A stretch of 53,950 nucleotides of DNA from Thermoplasmata archaeon (GCA_049273895.1 JBASRQ010000165.1:1-53950), one strand, 5' to 3'. Shown: positions 28,833 to 37,020, numbered from the stretch's first letter. The notes: generated from the letters alone by a model not told the origin. Translations and numbers: made by a program.

Positions 28833-29945
28833 ATGCTGAGGAAGAAGTACATCAACGCAGAACGCGCGAAGAAGCTGGAGAAGGAGATGCTCACGTGCAC
28901 CTTCTGCGGCTTCTGCAAGAGCGTCTGCCCGTACTTCGAGGACAATCAATGGGATCCGTCCGTCGCTAGGGGCAAGGTCATCCTCGCGTACGGCCTAGCT
29001 AGAAAGGAAATACCTGCCGACGAATCGGTCTTGCAGAGGCTGTACCAGTGCACTACCTGCAAGGACTGCGAGAGAAGGTGCCCGTCCAACATAAGGGTAG
29101 TGGACATAGTGGAAGCCGCCAGGGCCGACCTTGTCGAAGCTGGCTGTGTCCTTCCGGCACACAAGAAGGTCATTGAGAACATAAGGAAGACGAAGAATCC
29201 TTATGGCGAGACATCCACGGTCGACTTCGGTGTGCCCGTCAAAAGGGCGGATATAGGCTACTTCATTGGCTGCACCGCCAGATACAGGCAGCCTGAGATA
29301 GCTAGGCACACAATCTCTCTTCTGAGGAAGCTCAATGTCGATTTCACACTCGTGGACGAGGTTTGCTGCGGCAGCACCCTGCAGAGGATTGGCGCCAAGG
29401 AGAAGGACTACGTGAGGCTGATGAAAGCCAATGTCGACGCTGCAAAGAAGCTGGGAGTGAAGAAGCTCCTCTTCACGTGTGCAGGCTGCCTGAGGATGTT
29501 CAAGGAGCAGTATCCAAAGTACGTCGAGGTGCCCTTCGAGGTCGAACATCTCGTGCAATTCCTGTCGAAACAGAACCTGAAACTCAGACCGTTCCCCAAG
29601 AGGATCACATACCACGACCCTTGCCATCTTGGAAGGCACCTCAAGATCTACGACGAGCCACGCAAGGTCATCAGCATGATCCCGGAGGCAAAATTCGTCG
29701 AGCTGGCCGAGAACAAGGAAACGGCTAGATGCTGCGGAGGAGGGGGCGGAGTAAGATCCGCGGACCCCCAGGCGGCCCAGAGGATCGCCTCTAGACGAGT
29801 CAAATCCGCATCGGAGATCGCCGACATAATGGTGTCATCGTGTCCGTTCTGCGTGAGCAATCTTAGGTTCGGGAACGAGATCGTCAAGGTCGACATCGAG
29901 ATAAAAGACATAGCCGAGCTGGTCGATGACCTTCTGGTGGTTTAG
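28833..29945 (+). CDS. (Fe-S)-binding oxidoreductase subunit, HdrD/GlcF/LutA-like with two CCG domains
   Basis: Two ferredoxin motifs (CTFCGFCKSVCP, CTTCKDCERRCP) and two CCG motifs (VCCGSTLQ, ARCCGGGGG) with flanking Cys. Confidence 0.82.
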   Translation: MLRKKYINAERAKKLEKEMLTCTFCGFCKSVCPYFEDNQWDPSVARGKVILAYGLARKEIPADESVLQRLYQCTTCKDCERRCPSNIRVVDIVEAARADLVEAGCVLPAHKKVIENIRKTKNPYGETSTVDFGVPVKRADIGYFIGCTARYRQPEIARHTISLLRKLNVDFTLVDEVCCGSTLQRIGAKEKDYVRLMKANVDAAKKLGVKKLLFTCAGCLRMFKEQYPKYVEVPFEVEHLVQFLSKQNLKLRPFPKRITYHDPCHLGRHLKIYDEPRKVISMIPEAKFVELAENKETARCCGGGGGVRSADPQAAQRIASRRVKSASEIADIMVSSCPFCVSNLRFGNEIVKVDIEIKDIAELVDDLLVV

Positions 29946-29957
29946 GCCGGGAGGGCG

Positions 29958-30860
29958 ATGGATCTGAGCGAGCGCGGCGACAGGAAAGGGCATAGAAGTC
30001 TGTCTAGATCACAAAGAAGGCCCCCGCAGTCTATCAAGCTGGGCACATGTCTGCTCAAGCTCGACGAACCCAGGATAATGGGGATTATCAACAACACCCC
30101 AGACTCGTTCTCTGGAGACGGCATCGGGGGGGACGAGAAGGCCGCTGTGCGGAAGGGCCTCTCTTTGTTCGACATGGGCGCGGACATAGTCGATGTCGGA
30201 GGCGAGTCCACAAGACCAATGGCCACACCCGTTCGGTTGGACGAAGAACTGAGGAGAACGATTCCGGTCGTGGAGACCCTGGGCAAAATCCACCCTGGTA
30301 GGGTCTCCATTGATACGATGAAGCCTGAGGTCGCTGAAGCCGCTCTCTACGCTGGCGCAGTCATCGTAAATGATGTTTCAGGACTTCGCAATCCGCGAAT
30401 GAAGGAAGTGGTCGCAGAGCATGACGCTGCCGTCATCATAATGCACATGCGCGGGGACCCGAGGACGATGCAGGTCAAGCCGCGGTACAAGGATGTAGTG
30501 GCAGACATAATGACCTATCTGGATGCCCGGGTCTGCGAGGGCGAGGAAGCTGGGATCGATCCTAGGAAAATCATGATCGATCCCGGCATCGGCTTCGGCA
30601 AGACGGTCGACCACAACGTCGAGATCATCCGACGACTCCGAGAGTTCAAAGCACTGGGCAAGCCAATCGTGATAGGAGTCTCAAGGAAGTCGTTCATAGG
30701 CAAGATAACAGGACTACCTGCGCTGGACAGACTGCCAGGGTCGATTGCTGCCGCGGTCCTCGCCGTCAGGGAAGGCGCCAACATCGTCAGAGTGCATGAC
30801 GTCTCGGAGACCGTGAGTGCCCTTAAGGTTGCGCGTGCAATCACCACAGGCTACCGATAG
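29958..30860 (+). CDS. folP: dihydropteroate synthase
   Basis: MGIINNTPDSFSGDG, DVGGESTRP, SIDT, NDVSG, IDPGIGFGK, GVSRKSFIG. Confidence 0.9.
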   Translation: MDLSERGDRKGHRSLSRSQRRPPQSIKLGTCLLKLDEPRIMGIINNTPDSFSGDGIGGDEKAAVRKGLSLFDMGADIVDVGGESTRPMATPVRLDEELRRTIPVVETLGKIHPGRVSIDTMKPEVAEAALYAGAVIVNDVSGLRNPRMKEVVAEHDAAVIIMHMRGDPRTMQVKPRYKDVVADIMTYLDARVCEGEEAGIDPRKIMIDPGIGFGKTVDHNVEIIRRLREFKALGKPIVIGVSRKSFIGKITGLPALDRLPGSIAAAVLAVREGANIVRVHDVSETVSALKVARAITTGYR

Positions 30861-31030
30861 ATGATTCTGCCGCTGTGCACAACACCAGCAATGCTCTCCG
30901 ATCTGGGCTGAGAACAGAGTCCCGGGAAATCACACGAAGGGCACGAGGCTTGAGGTCCTTCCACCCAAGGCCGACGAGCGACTGATCGCGAAGACCGTCA
31001 CCAGACCGCAGACTGGCCCATGACCCGAAG

Positions 31031-31103
31031 TGGGCCCGTCGCGATTTGAACGCGAGTCACCAGCACCCCAAGCTGGAAGGATACCAAGCTACCCCACGGG
31101 CCC
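31031..31103 (-). tRNA. tRNA-Pro (anticodon GGG)
   Basis: The reverse complement folds by hand into a cloverleaf. Acceptor GGGCCCG/CGGGCCC; anticodon stem CCAGC/GCTGG with loop TTGGGGT; T arm TCGCG-TTCAAAT-CGCGA; discriminator A; no encoded CCA. Confidence 0.9.
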
Positions 31104-31135
31104 TGAGAGAAAAACGAAGTGCACCGGGCGCGAAT

Positions 31136-31324
31136 TCAATAGGGCGCGACCTCGTCAATGAGGTTGGCATGCGTCAGCAGCATCCTGCGGCAGCAGTACC
31201 TCTCGAGCTTCAGGGAGTCGAGAATATCCTTCGGCGATTCGCCCATCTCAACCCGCTTGATGAAGTCCTCGTACGCGCTGCCTATGACCTTGCCGCATGT
31301 GAAACATCTGACCGGTATTATCAT
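31136..31324 (-). CDS. rpoN: DNA-directed RNA polymerase subunit N (Rpo10)
   Basis: [15 protein letters not shown]...[10 protein letters not shown], 62 aa. The upstream part of the 92-aa track ORF is discarded. Confidence 0.93.
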   Translation of the reverse strand: MIIPVRCFTCGKVIGSAYEDFIKRVEMGESPKDILDSLKLERYCCRRMLLTHANLIDEVAPY

Positions 31325-31331
31325 TTTCACA

Positions 31332-31733
31332 TCACCTGTATGATTTCTGGTGCTTCTTCCGCGCTCCCCGTCCCTGTGGGTTCTTCGGAAGCTTTCTCCT
31401 CGGATCCGACACAAGAAGCGACCTGTCGTACTTCGCGAACATAGTCTGGAGATCCTCGTCCTCGAGGAACTGCACGAGACCCTTGGCGATTGCCGTCCTC
31501 GCGGCGTTCGCCTGACCCATCACGCCCCCGCCCTGGACGTTCACATCGATGTCGACCTTCACCGATTTGTCTCCCGCAAGAGTGAGAGGCTCCATGATCA
31601 TGGCCCTCGCAAGGTGCGGCTCGTGCATTTCGACTGGGACATTGTTGATCCTGATCAGCCCGCGCCCCTTCCTGACGCTAGCCCTCGCCACGGCGCTCTT
31701 CCGCTTGCCGCTGGCAACAACTACCTTCATCAT
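31332..31733 (-). CDS. rps9: 30S ribosomal protein S9 (uS9)
   Basis: [10 protein letters not shown]...[12 protein letters not shown]...[12 protein letters not shown] at the C-terminus. Confidence 0.95.
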   Translation of the reverse strand: MMKVVVASGKRKSAVARASVRKGRGLIRINNVPVEMHEPHLARAMIMEPLTLAGDKSVKVDIDVNVQGGGVMGQANAARTAIAKGLVQFLEDEDLQTMFAKYDRSLLVSDPRRKLPKNPQGRGARKKHQKSYR

Positions 31734-32161
31734 CTCAACTCCTGCTTCGCGCCGAGCTCCTTGGTGATATCCCCGAGATGAACGTACTTTATGAGGTGGG
31801 GCTTCTTCGCAGACTCAATGGTCTCCGACTTCGCGTCCTTGAACTGTCTCGGGATCCCGAGATAGACCTTCAGGCGCTTGAGCGCTGCCCTTCCAGCTGG
31901 CCTCTTGTACTCGACCATGCCTCTCACGGTCCGCTTGAGGATGGCGTCCGCGGTTCTCGGATAGAACGGACCCTTGGCTTTGGTCTGGCTCGCTCCCCTC
32001 GTCCGTCTGTGAGCGTAGAATTCCAGAAGTTGGTCCCTATTGCCCGATATGATGGCCTTTTCGGCGTTGAGTACGACGATCTCCTCGCCGTTCCTGAGTC
32101 TCTTCGCGACGTGTGAGCTAAGCCGCCCCAATATGAGTCCATCAGCGTCTATGACAGCCAT
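31730..32161 (-). CDS. rpl13: 50S ribosomal protein L13 (uL13)
   Basis: [18 protein letters not shown]...[12 protein letters not shown]. Operon position between L18e and S9, with a 4-nt overlap with rps9. Confidence 0.95.
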   Translation of the reverse strand: MAVIDADGLILGRLSSHVAKRLRNGEEIVVLNAEKAIISGNRDQLLEFYAHRRTRGASQTKAKGPFYPRTADAILKRTVRGMVEYKRPAGRAALKRLKVYLGIPRQFKDAKSETIESAKKPHLIKYVHLGDITKELGAKQELR

Positions 32162-32165
32162 CAGC

Positions 32166-32531
32166 TCACCCCATGATCCTGACCTTGGAGCCCTTCGGGT
32201 TCTTCTCGACGAGCTCCTCGAGCGAAATGCTCTTCCCGCCTGCTTTCTCGATCTTTTCCTTTGCCTGTCCCGACGACCTGTAGGCGGCGACTGTGACCTT
32301 CTTTGCGATCTCGCCGGCTCCGAGTAGCTTGCCGGGCACGACCACGGTCTCGTTCTCGCTCGCGTATCGGTTCAGCTTGCCCACGTTGACCTCGGCCCAA
32401 TTCCTCATCGGGCCCTCGAGCCGCAGAGCGATGTCTCGCCAGACAGGTGCCTCGTTGACCCTGCTTACGTCCTTGAGACGCTGTATCAGGACCACGAGGT
32501 TGGGATTGGTCTTCCTTGCTTTCATTCCCAT
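32166..32531 (-). CDS. rpl18e: 50S ribosomal protein L18e
   Basis: KTNPNLVVLIQRLK...APVWRDIA...VNVGKLNRY...VVVPGKLLGAGEI. GGAGGAG SD 5 nt upstream of the ATG. Confidence 0.93.
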   Translation of the reverse strand: MGMKARKTNPNLVVLIQRLKDVSRVNEAPVWRDIALRLEGPMRNWAEVNVGKLNRYASENETVVVPGKLLGAGEIAKKVTVAAYRSSGQAKEKIEKAGGKSISLEELVEKNPKGSKVRIMG

Positions 32532-32578
32532 TCTGACTCCTCCGACATCCAGAGAGCAGGCGACTTAATGTAGGAACC

Positions 32579-32588
32579 GTTTATAAAG
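32579..32588 (-). promoter_or_regulatory. TATA box of the L18e-L13-S9-RpoN(-tRNA-Pro) operon
   Basis: gtttataaag (palindromic core TTTATAAA) lies about 50 nt upstream of ATG 32531, leaving room for a short leader carrying the SD. Confidence 0.55.
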
Positions 32589-32761
32589 ATTTGTATGCGC
32601 CGGAATTGCTGGCTCGGGGCATCTGGCTGCACCGAATCGGCGTTGATTTGGCCTCGCTCAGGAGCGCCGATACGTTGGATGAGGGTGCTTATTCACACAC
32701 TCAATAGAAGATATATATGGCATACGATATACACGGAAATCCTGGCTCGCCGGGGGTTTAG

Positions 32762-33814
32762 ATGATTCGTTTTGGTCCTGCAGGGATTCCGCTCTCCTGC
32801 AAGGGACGCACTTTGAAAGACGGCATCGAGGACGTCCACAACCTTGGCCTCACGGCGATGGAGGCGCAGCTCGTGAGAGCGCACGTGCAAGAAAGGGCTG
32901 CAGAACCCGAGGAGACAGGCCTCAAGCCCAAGAATCTCACGACCGACATGGTCATCGAGATAGTGAGGAGGAAGGGGGACAAGGAACAGGTGATCTCCGA
33001 CCTGGACGAGCCAATCAAGAAGGGAGACACTCTCGTCGCGCTCACGAGCGGGATCGCCAAGACTTACCAGGAACTCCGCCAGCTGAGAGAAATGGCGGAC
33101 GAGCTAGATGTCGCCCTCTCGATTCACACTCCGTACTACATGGACCTTGTCGGGGAGGGCGAGCTCTCATTCAGAAGCATGGATTCTGTCCGATGGGCAG
33201 GGATAATGGCGAAGGAGCTCGGCGCCACCGTGGTTGTAACGCATATGGGCCTATACGGGGATGTCACGCCGAGGACCGCCCAGAAGAGGATCAAGGACCG
33301 GGTAGAGCAACTGGCCAAGTGGTACAGGAAGCACGGGATCGCAGTCCCGCTCGGTCTCGAACTGAGCGGCAGACAGGAGATTTTCGGCTCGCTTCCGGAG
33401 GTGCTCAAGACCTGCAAGGAAGTGGGTGGAGCAGTACCCGTGGTGAACTTCGCCCACTACCATGCAAGAGAGAACGGGACATTGAGGGAGCCCAAAGACT
33501 TCGACGAACTCTTGGATAAGGTCTGGAAGTACGTCGATGGGGAGTTCTATACGCACTTCTCTGGCGTGGAGCATGAGGGGGGGAACGAGAAGAGGTTTAC
33601 GTCGATCAAGAAGGGAGACCTCAGGTTCGAGCCTCTTGCGGAGTCAATCGTTGACCGCAACCAACCAATCACGGTCATATCTGGATCCCCACTGTTAGAA
33701 CACGACGCGATGTACATGAAGGTCATCCTCGAAAGGGTCCTAGCGAAGAAGGTCTCAAAGGAGACAAAAGAGGCCAAGACGAACAACAAGAAGGAGAAGG
33801 CCGGATCCAGATGA
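32762..33814 (+). CDS. xylose-isomerase-like / endonuclease IV-like TIM-barrel protein with an internal insertion and a Lys-rich tail
   Basis: MIRFGPAGIP..., SIHTPYYMDL, VVVTHMG, LGLELSG, VVNFAHYHA resemble the AP-endonuclease-2/sugar-phosphate-isomerase barrel strands. About 65 extra residues follow the first strand. Confidence 0.55.
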   Translation: MIRFGPAGIPLSCKGRTLKDGIEDVHNLGLTAMEAQLVRAHVQERAAEPEETGLKPKNLTTDMVIEIVRRKGDKEQVISDLDEPIKKGDTLVALTSGIAKTYQELRQLREMADELDVALSIHTPYYMDLVGEGELSFRSMDSVRWAGIMAKELGATVVVTHMGLYGDVTPRTAQKRIKDRVEQLAKWYRKHGIAVPLGLELSGRQEIFGSLPEVLKTCKEVGGAVPVVNFAHYHARENGTLREPKDFDELLDKVWKYVDGEFYTHFSGVEHEGGNEKRFTSIKKGDLRFEPLAESIVDRNQPITVISGSPLLEHDAMYMKVILERVLAKKVSKETKEAKTNNKKEKAGSR

Positions 33815-34347
33815 AAGAGAGCGTCGACTACATCCTTGACGGCATCAAAAGAACCTTCGAGACCGAAATTGGGAACACCGACAAGTTCGTGGACCACATA
33901 ATCAGCTCGAGGAAGGTCTTCATCTACGGTGTAGGCAGGTCCGGCCTGATCGCAAAGGCCTTCGCCATAAGGCTGGTCCAGATGGGGCTCGAGGTGTTCT
34001 TCATAGGGGAGACCGTCACGCCCATTGTAGAAGAGGGCAATCTCGTCATCATCGTATCCTACACAGGAGAGACGATGTCGGCGATGCAGACGGCGAACAT
34101 CGTCAGAAGGGTTGGGGCGAAGGTCGTGTCGATCACTGCGAACGCGAACTCGAAGCTAGCAGGGGCATCGAACCTCGTCATCCTAATACATCCGCCGAAG
34201 GACGAAGAGCGAAAGCGACTCGCCCCCCTAGGGACCCTGTTCGAAGACGCCACGATGATTTACCTTGACGGGATAGTGAAGATGCTCATGGAAAAGCTGG
34301 GCCAGAGCGAGGGCGCAATGCGCAAACGCCACGCTATTTGGGTCTAG
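33811..34347 (+). CDS. hxlB: 6-phospho-3-hexuloisomerase (SIS domain)
   Basis: KVFIYGVGRSGLIAKAFAIRLVQMGLEVFFIGETVTP...GTLFEDATMIYLDGIV...RHAIW parallels archaeal PHI sequences. The start overlaps the upstream stop (ATGA). Confidence 0.78.
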   Translation: MKESVDYILDGIKRTFETEIGNTDKFVDHIISSRKVFIYGVGRSGLIAKAFAIRLVQMGLEVFFIGETVTPIVEEGNLVIIVSYTGETMSAMQTANIVRRVGAKVVSITANANSKLAGASNLVILIHPPKDEERKRLAPLGTLFEDATMIYLDGIVKMLMEKLGQSEGAMRKRHAIWV

Positions 34348-35551
34348 CCTTGTCGTCCAGGGGCGAACCCGCATCTGGGGTCTTCGGCTCCGCCTCCTGG
34401 CCATGCTTGTTCCACCTGAGCAGCATCAGCGCCAGGGTGGAAAATGCAATCACGGCAACGATGCTGCCCGAGACAACCATGATCATCGGCAGATTGGCCT
34501 TGAGCCAGTCTCTGACCCTGCTAGTGAATCCCTTCTCGTCTATGCCCAGAAACGATTCGTGCGAGATGGAGGTGGTCTCGTTCGATATCTCAAACGACGA
34601 GTGGAGTATCAGGCCGGTTCCAGTCGTATAGTAGGACGAGTTCATGGCGACTGGAGAATACTGCCCCGAGGTCTTCGCCAGCGGCTCCGAGCTATAGCGA
34701 TAGAACGCTTGCACGGTGCCGTCCTCCTTGGCGAAATTGATATCCTGGGTCGGAAGCCCCGTCTGGTTCAACCTGTGCGTGAAGCTGGGGCCGTATATCT
34801 CCTCGTTCACCCTACTCGACACCGTCGTCATCGAACCATTTGGGCTGGTCGAGTTCTCCCTGATCATGAACATGTTCGTGGAGCCCCCGCCCTTGAGCAG
34901 GTGCTCGATGGCGAGTCCAGTGAAGCTCAACTCCTTCAGTATGTCGAGAGTGCAGTTTATCTTCATCTCCGTCCGGCCAAGGATCGTGTAGCTGCCGAAG
35001 GAGTTGGAGTATGTCACTGGATATTGGGTGATTTGGAACGAGAAGGTCAGATTGGCCCAGTTCTCGACGCTCGCAATCGTGTCAGTCGTCTGATTGAACA
35101 GCGAGACATCGGCGCTCATCCGGATCTGAGCGTACTCGCCTGACTCGACCCCGTTGGCGAACTGAACGGCTGTCGTATTCCATGTGACATTGTGGTGTGA
35201 GTCGAGATAGCCAGTGTAGATCGCCTCGGAACGGGAAAAGACGCCGTCGTGATTGGTATCGTTGTACAGGTACACGATGGGAAGACTGACCTCAAAAGAG
35301 GGGGCGAACAGATTGGTGCTGTGCTGAAAGACAACTCTCGGCCAGTCGAAAGTCACAGCGGCTGTCAGGTTGCCCGAGACGAAGACGGCCTTGAAGTTGT
35401 CCACGGAATAGTCGAGGAAGTGCTGCTCGTCAGCAGCCTGCGCATCCCCTATGGACCAGAAAGCCAGGACTGCAGCGCAAAGAACAGCCGCGAGCGACCC
35501 GAGCCGTGACCACAAAGAACTCCTCCTCCTCAATATGACCTTAACGGGCAC
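34334..35551 (-). CDS. secreted/membrane-anchored glycoprotein candidate (signal peptide, 12 N-x-S/T sequons, C-terminal TM anchor)
   Basis: N-terminal RRRSSLWSRLGSLAAVLCAAVLAFWSIGDAQA, C-terminal hydrophobic MIMVVSGSIVAVIAFSTLALMLL plus a charged tail. GTG start. The TATA-like agcatatatcg (35575-35583, minus) lies about 25 nt upstream. Confidence 0.7.
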   Translation of the reverse strand: MPVKVILRRRSSLWSRLGSLAAVLCAAVLAFWSIGDAQAADEQHFLDYSVDNFKAVFVSGNLTAAVTFDWPRVVFQHSTNLFAPSFEVSLPIVYLYNDTNHDGVFSRSEAIYTGYLDSHHNVTWNTTAVQFANGVESGEYAQIRMSADVSLFNQTTDTIASVENWANLTFSFQITQYPVTYSNSFGSYTILGRTEMKINCTLDILKELSFTGLAIEHLLKGGGSTNMFMIRENSTSPNGSMTTVSSRVNEEIYGPSFTHRLNQTGLPTQDINFAKEDGTVQAFYRYSSEPLAKTSGQYSPVAMNSSYYTTGTGLILHSSFEISNETTSISHESFLGIDEKGFTSRVRDWLKANLPMIMVVSGSIVAVIAFSTLALMLLRWNKHGQEAEPKTPDAGSPLDDKARPK

Positions 35552-35610
35552 TGGCGAGAAAAAGCTTTCTTGACGATATATGCTCGGGCAAGCGGCTTGC
35601 TGGGAATGGA

Positions 35611-36267
35611 TCAGGGGGGCACAGATTTGACCTTGAGCTTCCTTGTCCTGGTTTTCTTTGGGAGGCCGTCTGGCTCCTCCTTGAATACTGCAAATGCCAG
35701 CTCCTTATAGCCGTCGCCAGCGAGCCTGAAGGCCTTTATATCCTCGTTGATCGGATCGATCACGATCGCCGTGTGATAAGGTTGGTCGAACATCGTGCGC
35801 TGCGTTTCCAGATCGGTCCGAGAGAGGAAGCAGGTGTGGCCTGGGTGGGAATGGTACCAGCCGACCAGGATGTAGTCGAAGCCCGAATCGTCCAGGTTGG
35901 TGAAGAGATTCGGGAACGCCTCAGGGTCGAACCTGACCTTCGAGGATGAGCTCCTCAACTCGGTTGTGCCTATGTCCCTAACGACAGAGTAGGCCCGGCC
36001 ATTCCATTTCCTGACCTCGCCCAAGAGAAATCCCATGACCTCTAGCCTCCGGGGGGCCTCTCTCTCGGCGTGCGCCCGTATCTTCTTCTCGGCGGTGGTG
36101 GACAGGTACAACTCGAAAGGGTTCCCGGATTCCGCCGCCTCGGCGTAGAGACCGATGGAATCGCCGGACAGCCAATCGTGGGGCGCGAGCTTCGCTCGCG
36201 CAGGAGGCTCCTTCTCCTCGATGGGCCTCTTCGTCTCCCTGACAATCCTTGGCCTAGCCAACCGCAT
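35611..36267 (-). CDS. JAMM/MPN+ metalloprotease (Rpn11/JAMM1-like isopeptidase candidate)
   Basis: Conserved Glu in LEVMGFLLGE; JAMM motif GWYHSHPGHTCFLSRTD (H-x-H-x7-S-x2-D). The start (GTG 36270 / ATG 36267) overlaps the E2 stop. Confidence 0.85.
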   Translation of the reverse strand: MRLARPRIVRETKRPIEEKEPPARAKLAPHDWLSGDSIGLYAEAAESGNPFELYLSTTAEKKIRAHAEREAPRRLEVMGFLLGEVRKWNGRAYSVVRDIGTTELRSSSSKVRFDPEAFPNLFTNLDDSGFDYILVGWYHSHPGHTCFLSRTDLETQRTMFDQPYHTAIVIDPINEDIKAFRLAGDGYKELAFAVFKEEPDGLPKKTRTRKLKVKSVPP

Positions 36268-36775
36268 CACCCACGATCCTCACACGCCTATCTGACTGGT
36301 CCATGACCACAGGGGGCTGGTACTTGTTCCTGTTGAAGTACGCGGCCGCCCTTGTGCACATGTCGTTCCCGAAGGGGTTCTTCGGATTTGGATTCACGAG
36401 AAGCGATTCTATGCCTTTGATGAACGTGACTAGGTTCGAGCTGAAATCCCAGTTCTCAAGGAGTTTCGTGCAGACATAGCCGCCGTCGTCTGGGGCCATT
36501 ATGTTGGGGTGGAATATCGCAGTCTGCCATTTCACAATCGGCTTCTCCATCGGGTAGTCTTCGCTGACAATCACTGCCATCCTGTGAACGAACCTGTGGA
36601 CGACCTTCCCCTGCTCCCAATCGGGCCCTGGCACTCTAAGGAATGTCACGTTAATCATCACAGGGAACGAGGCGAGCGCGGAATCAGAAATTGCTATGTG
36701 ATGCCTCAGCTCACGCTGGCACATCTCAATCTCGTTCTTCAACCGGACTCTGAGCAGGTCCAATGGCAGAGGCAT
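36254..36775 (-). CDS. ubiquitin-conjugating enzyme E2-like protein (UBC fold)
   Basis: YPMEKPIVKWQTAIFHPNIMAPDDGGYVCTKLLENWDFSSNLVTFIKGIESLLVNPNPKNPFGND matches the UBC consensus (YPxxPP.v.F.t.i.HPNi...G.iC...L...W......l..i..LL..PNp..P) almost position by position. Confidence 0.85.
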   Translation of the reverse strand: MPLPLDLLRVRLKNEIEMCQRELRHHIAISDSALASFPVMINVTFLRVPGPDWEQGKVVHRFVHRMAVIVSEDYPMEKPIVKWQTAIFHPNIMAPDDGGYVCTKLLENWDFSSNLVTFIKGIESLLVNPNPKNPFGNDMCTRAAAYFNRNKYQPPVVMDQSDRRVRIVGDAVG

Positions 36776-36780
36776 TTCGA

Positions 36781-37020
36781 CTAGCCGCCCTCGGGGTCCG
36801 GAATCAGCTCTAGAATGTCATCGCCTCTGATGCCGGCATCCAAGAGCGTGTTCCCTCCTCGGAGGACCTTCTTGCCCTTCCGAAGGACATATGCGCCCAT
36901 GTCCTTGCTCCAGAAAGTCGCCGCGCTTTCGATGACCTCGTCGACGGTGTTCTCGTTCTCGAGTTCCATCTCGACAGTGGCGCCGGTCTCGGCATTCTTG
37001 ACTTTGATCCTAATTGCCAA
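36781..37020 (-). CDS. ubiquitin-like beta-grasp protein ending in Gly-Gly
   Basis: 79 aa, MAIRIKVKNAETGATVEMELENENTVDEVIESAATFW...ILELIPDPEGG followed directly by TAG. TTG start with GGTGG 4-5 nt upstream. It lies 5 nt upstream of the E2 start. Confidence 0.8.
   Translation of the reverse strand: MAIRIKVKNAETGATVEMELENENTVDEVIESAATFWSKDMGAYVLRKGKKVLRGGNTLLDAGIRGDDILELIPDPEGG

Noticed and set aside
30861-31030. 170-nt spacer between folP and tRNA-Pro, checked for rpoK, a small ORF or an ncRNA. Many archaea have rpoK-eno-rps2 after rpoN.
   Set aside because: All frames on both strands give only very short or start-less ORFs, and I recognised no C/D-box or other RNA signature. The absence of rpoK/eno/rps2 here is just a different operon arrangement.
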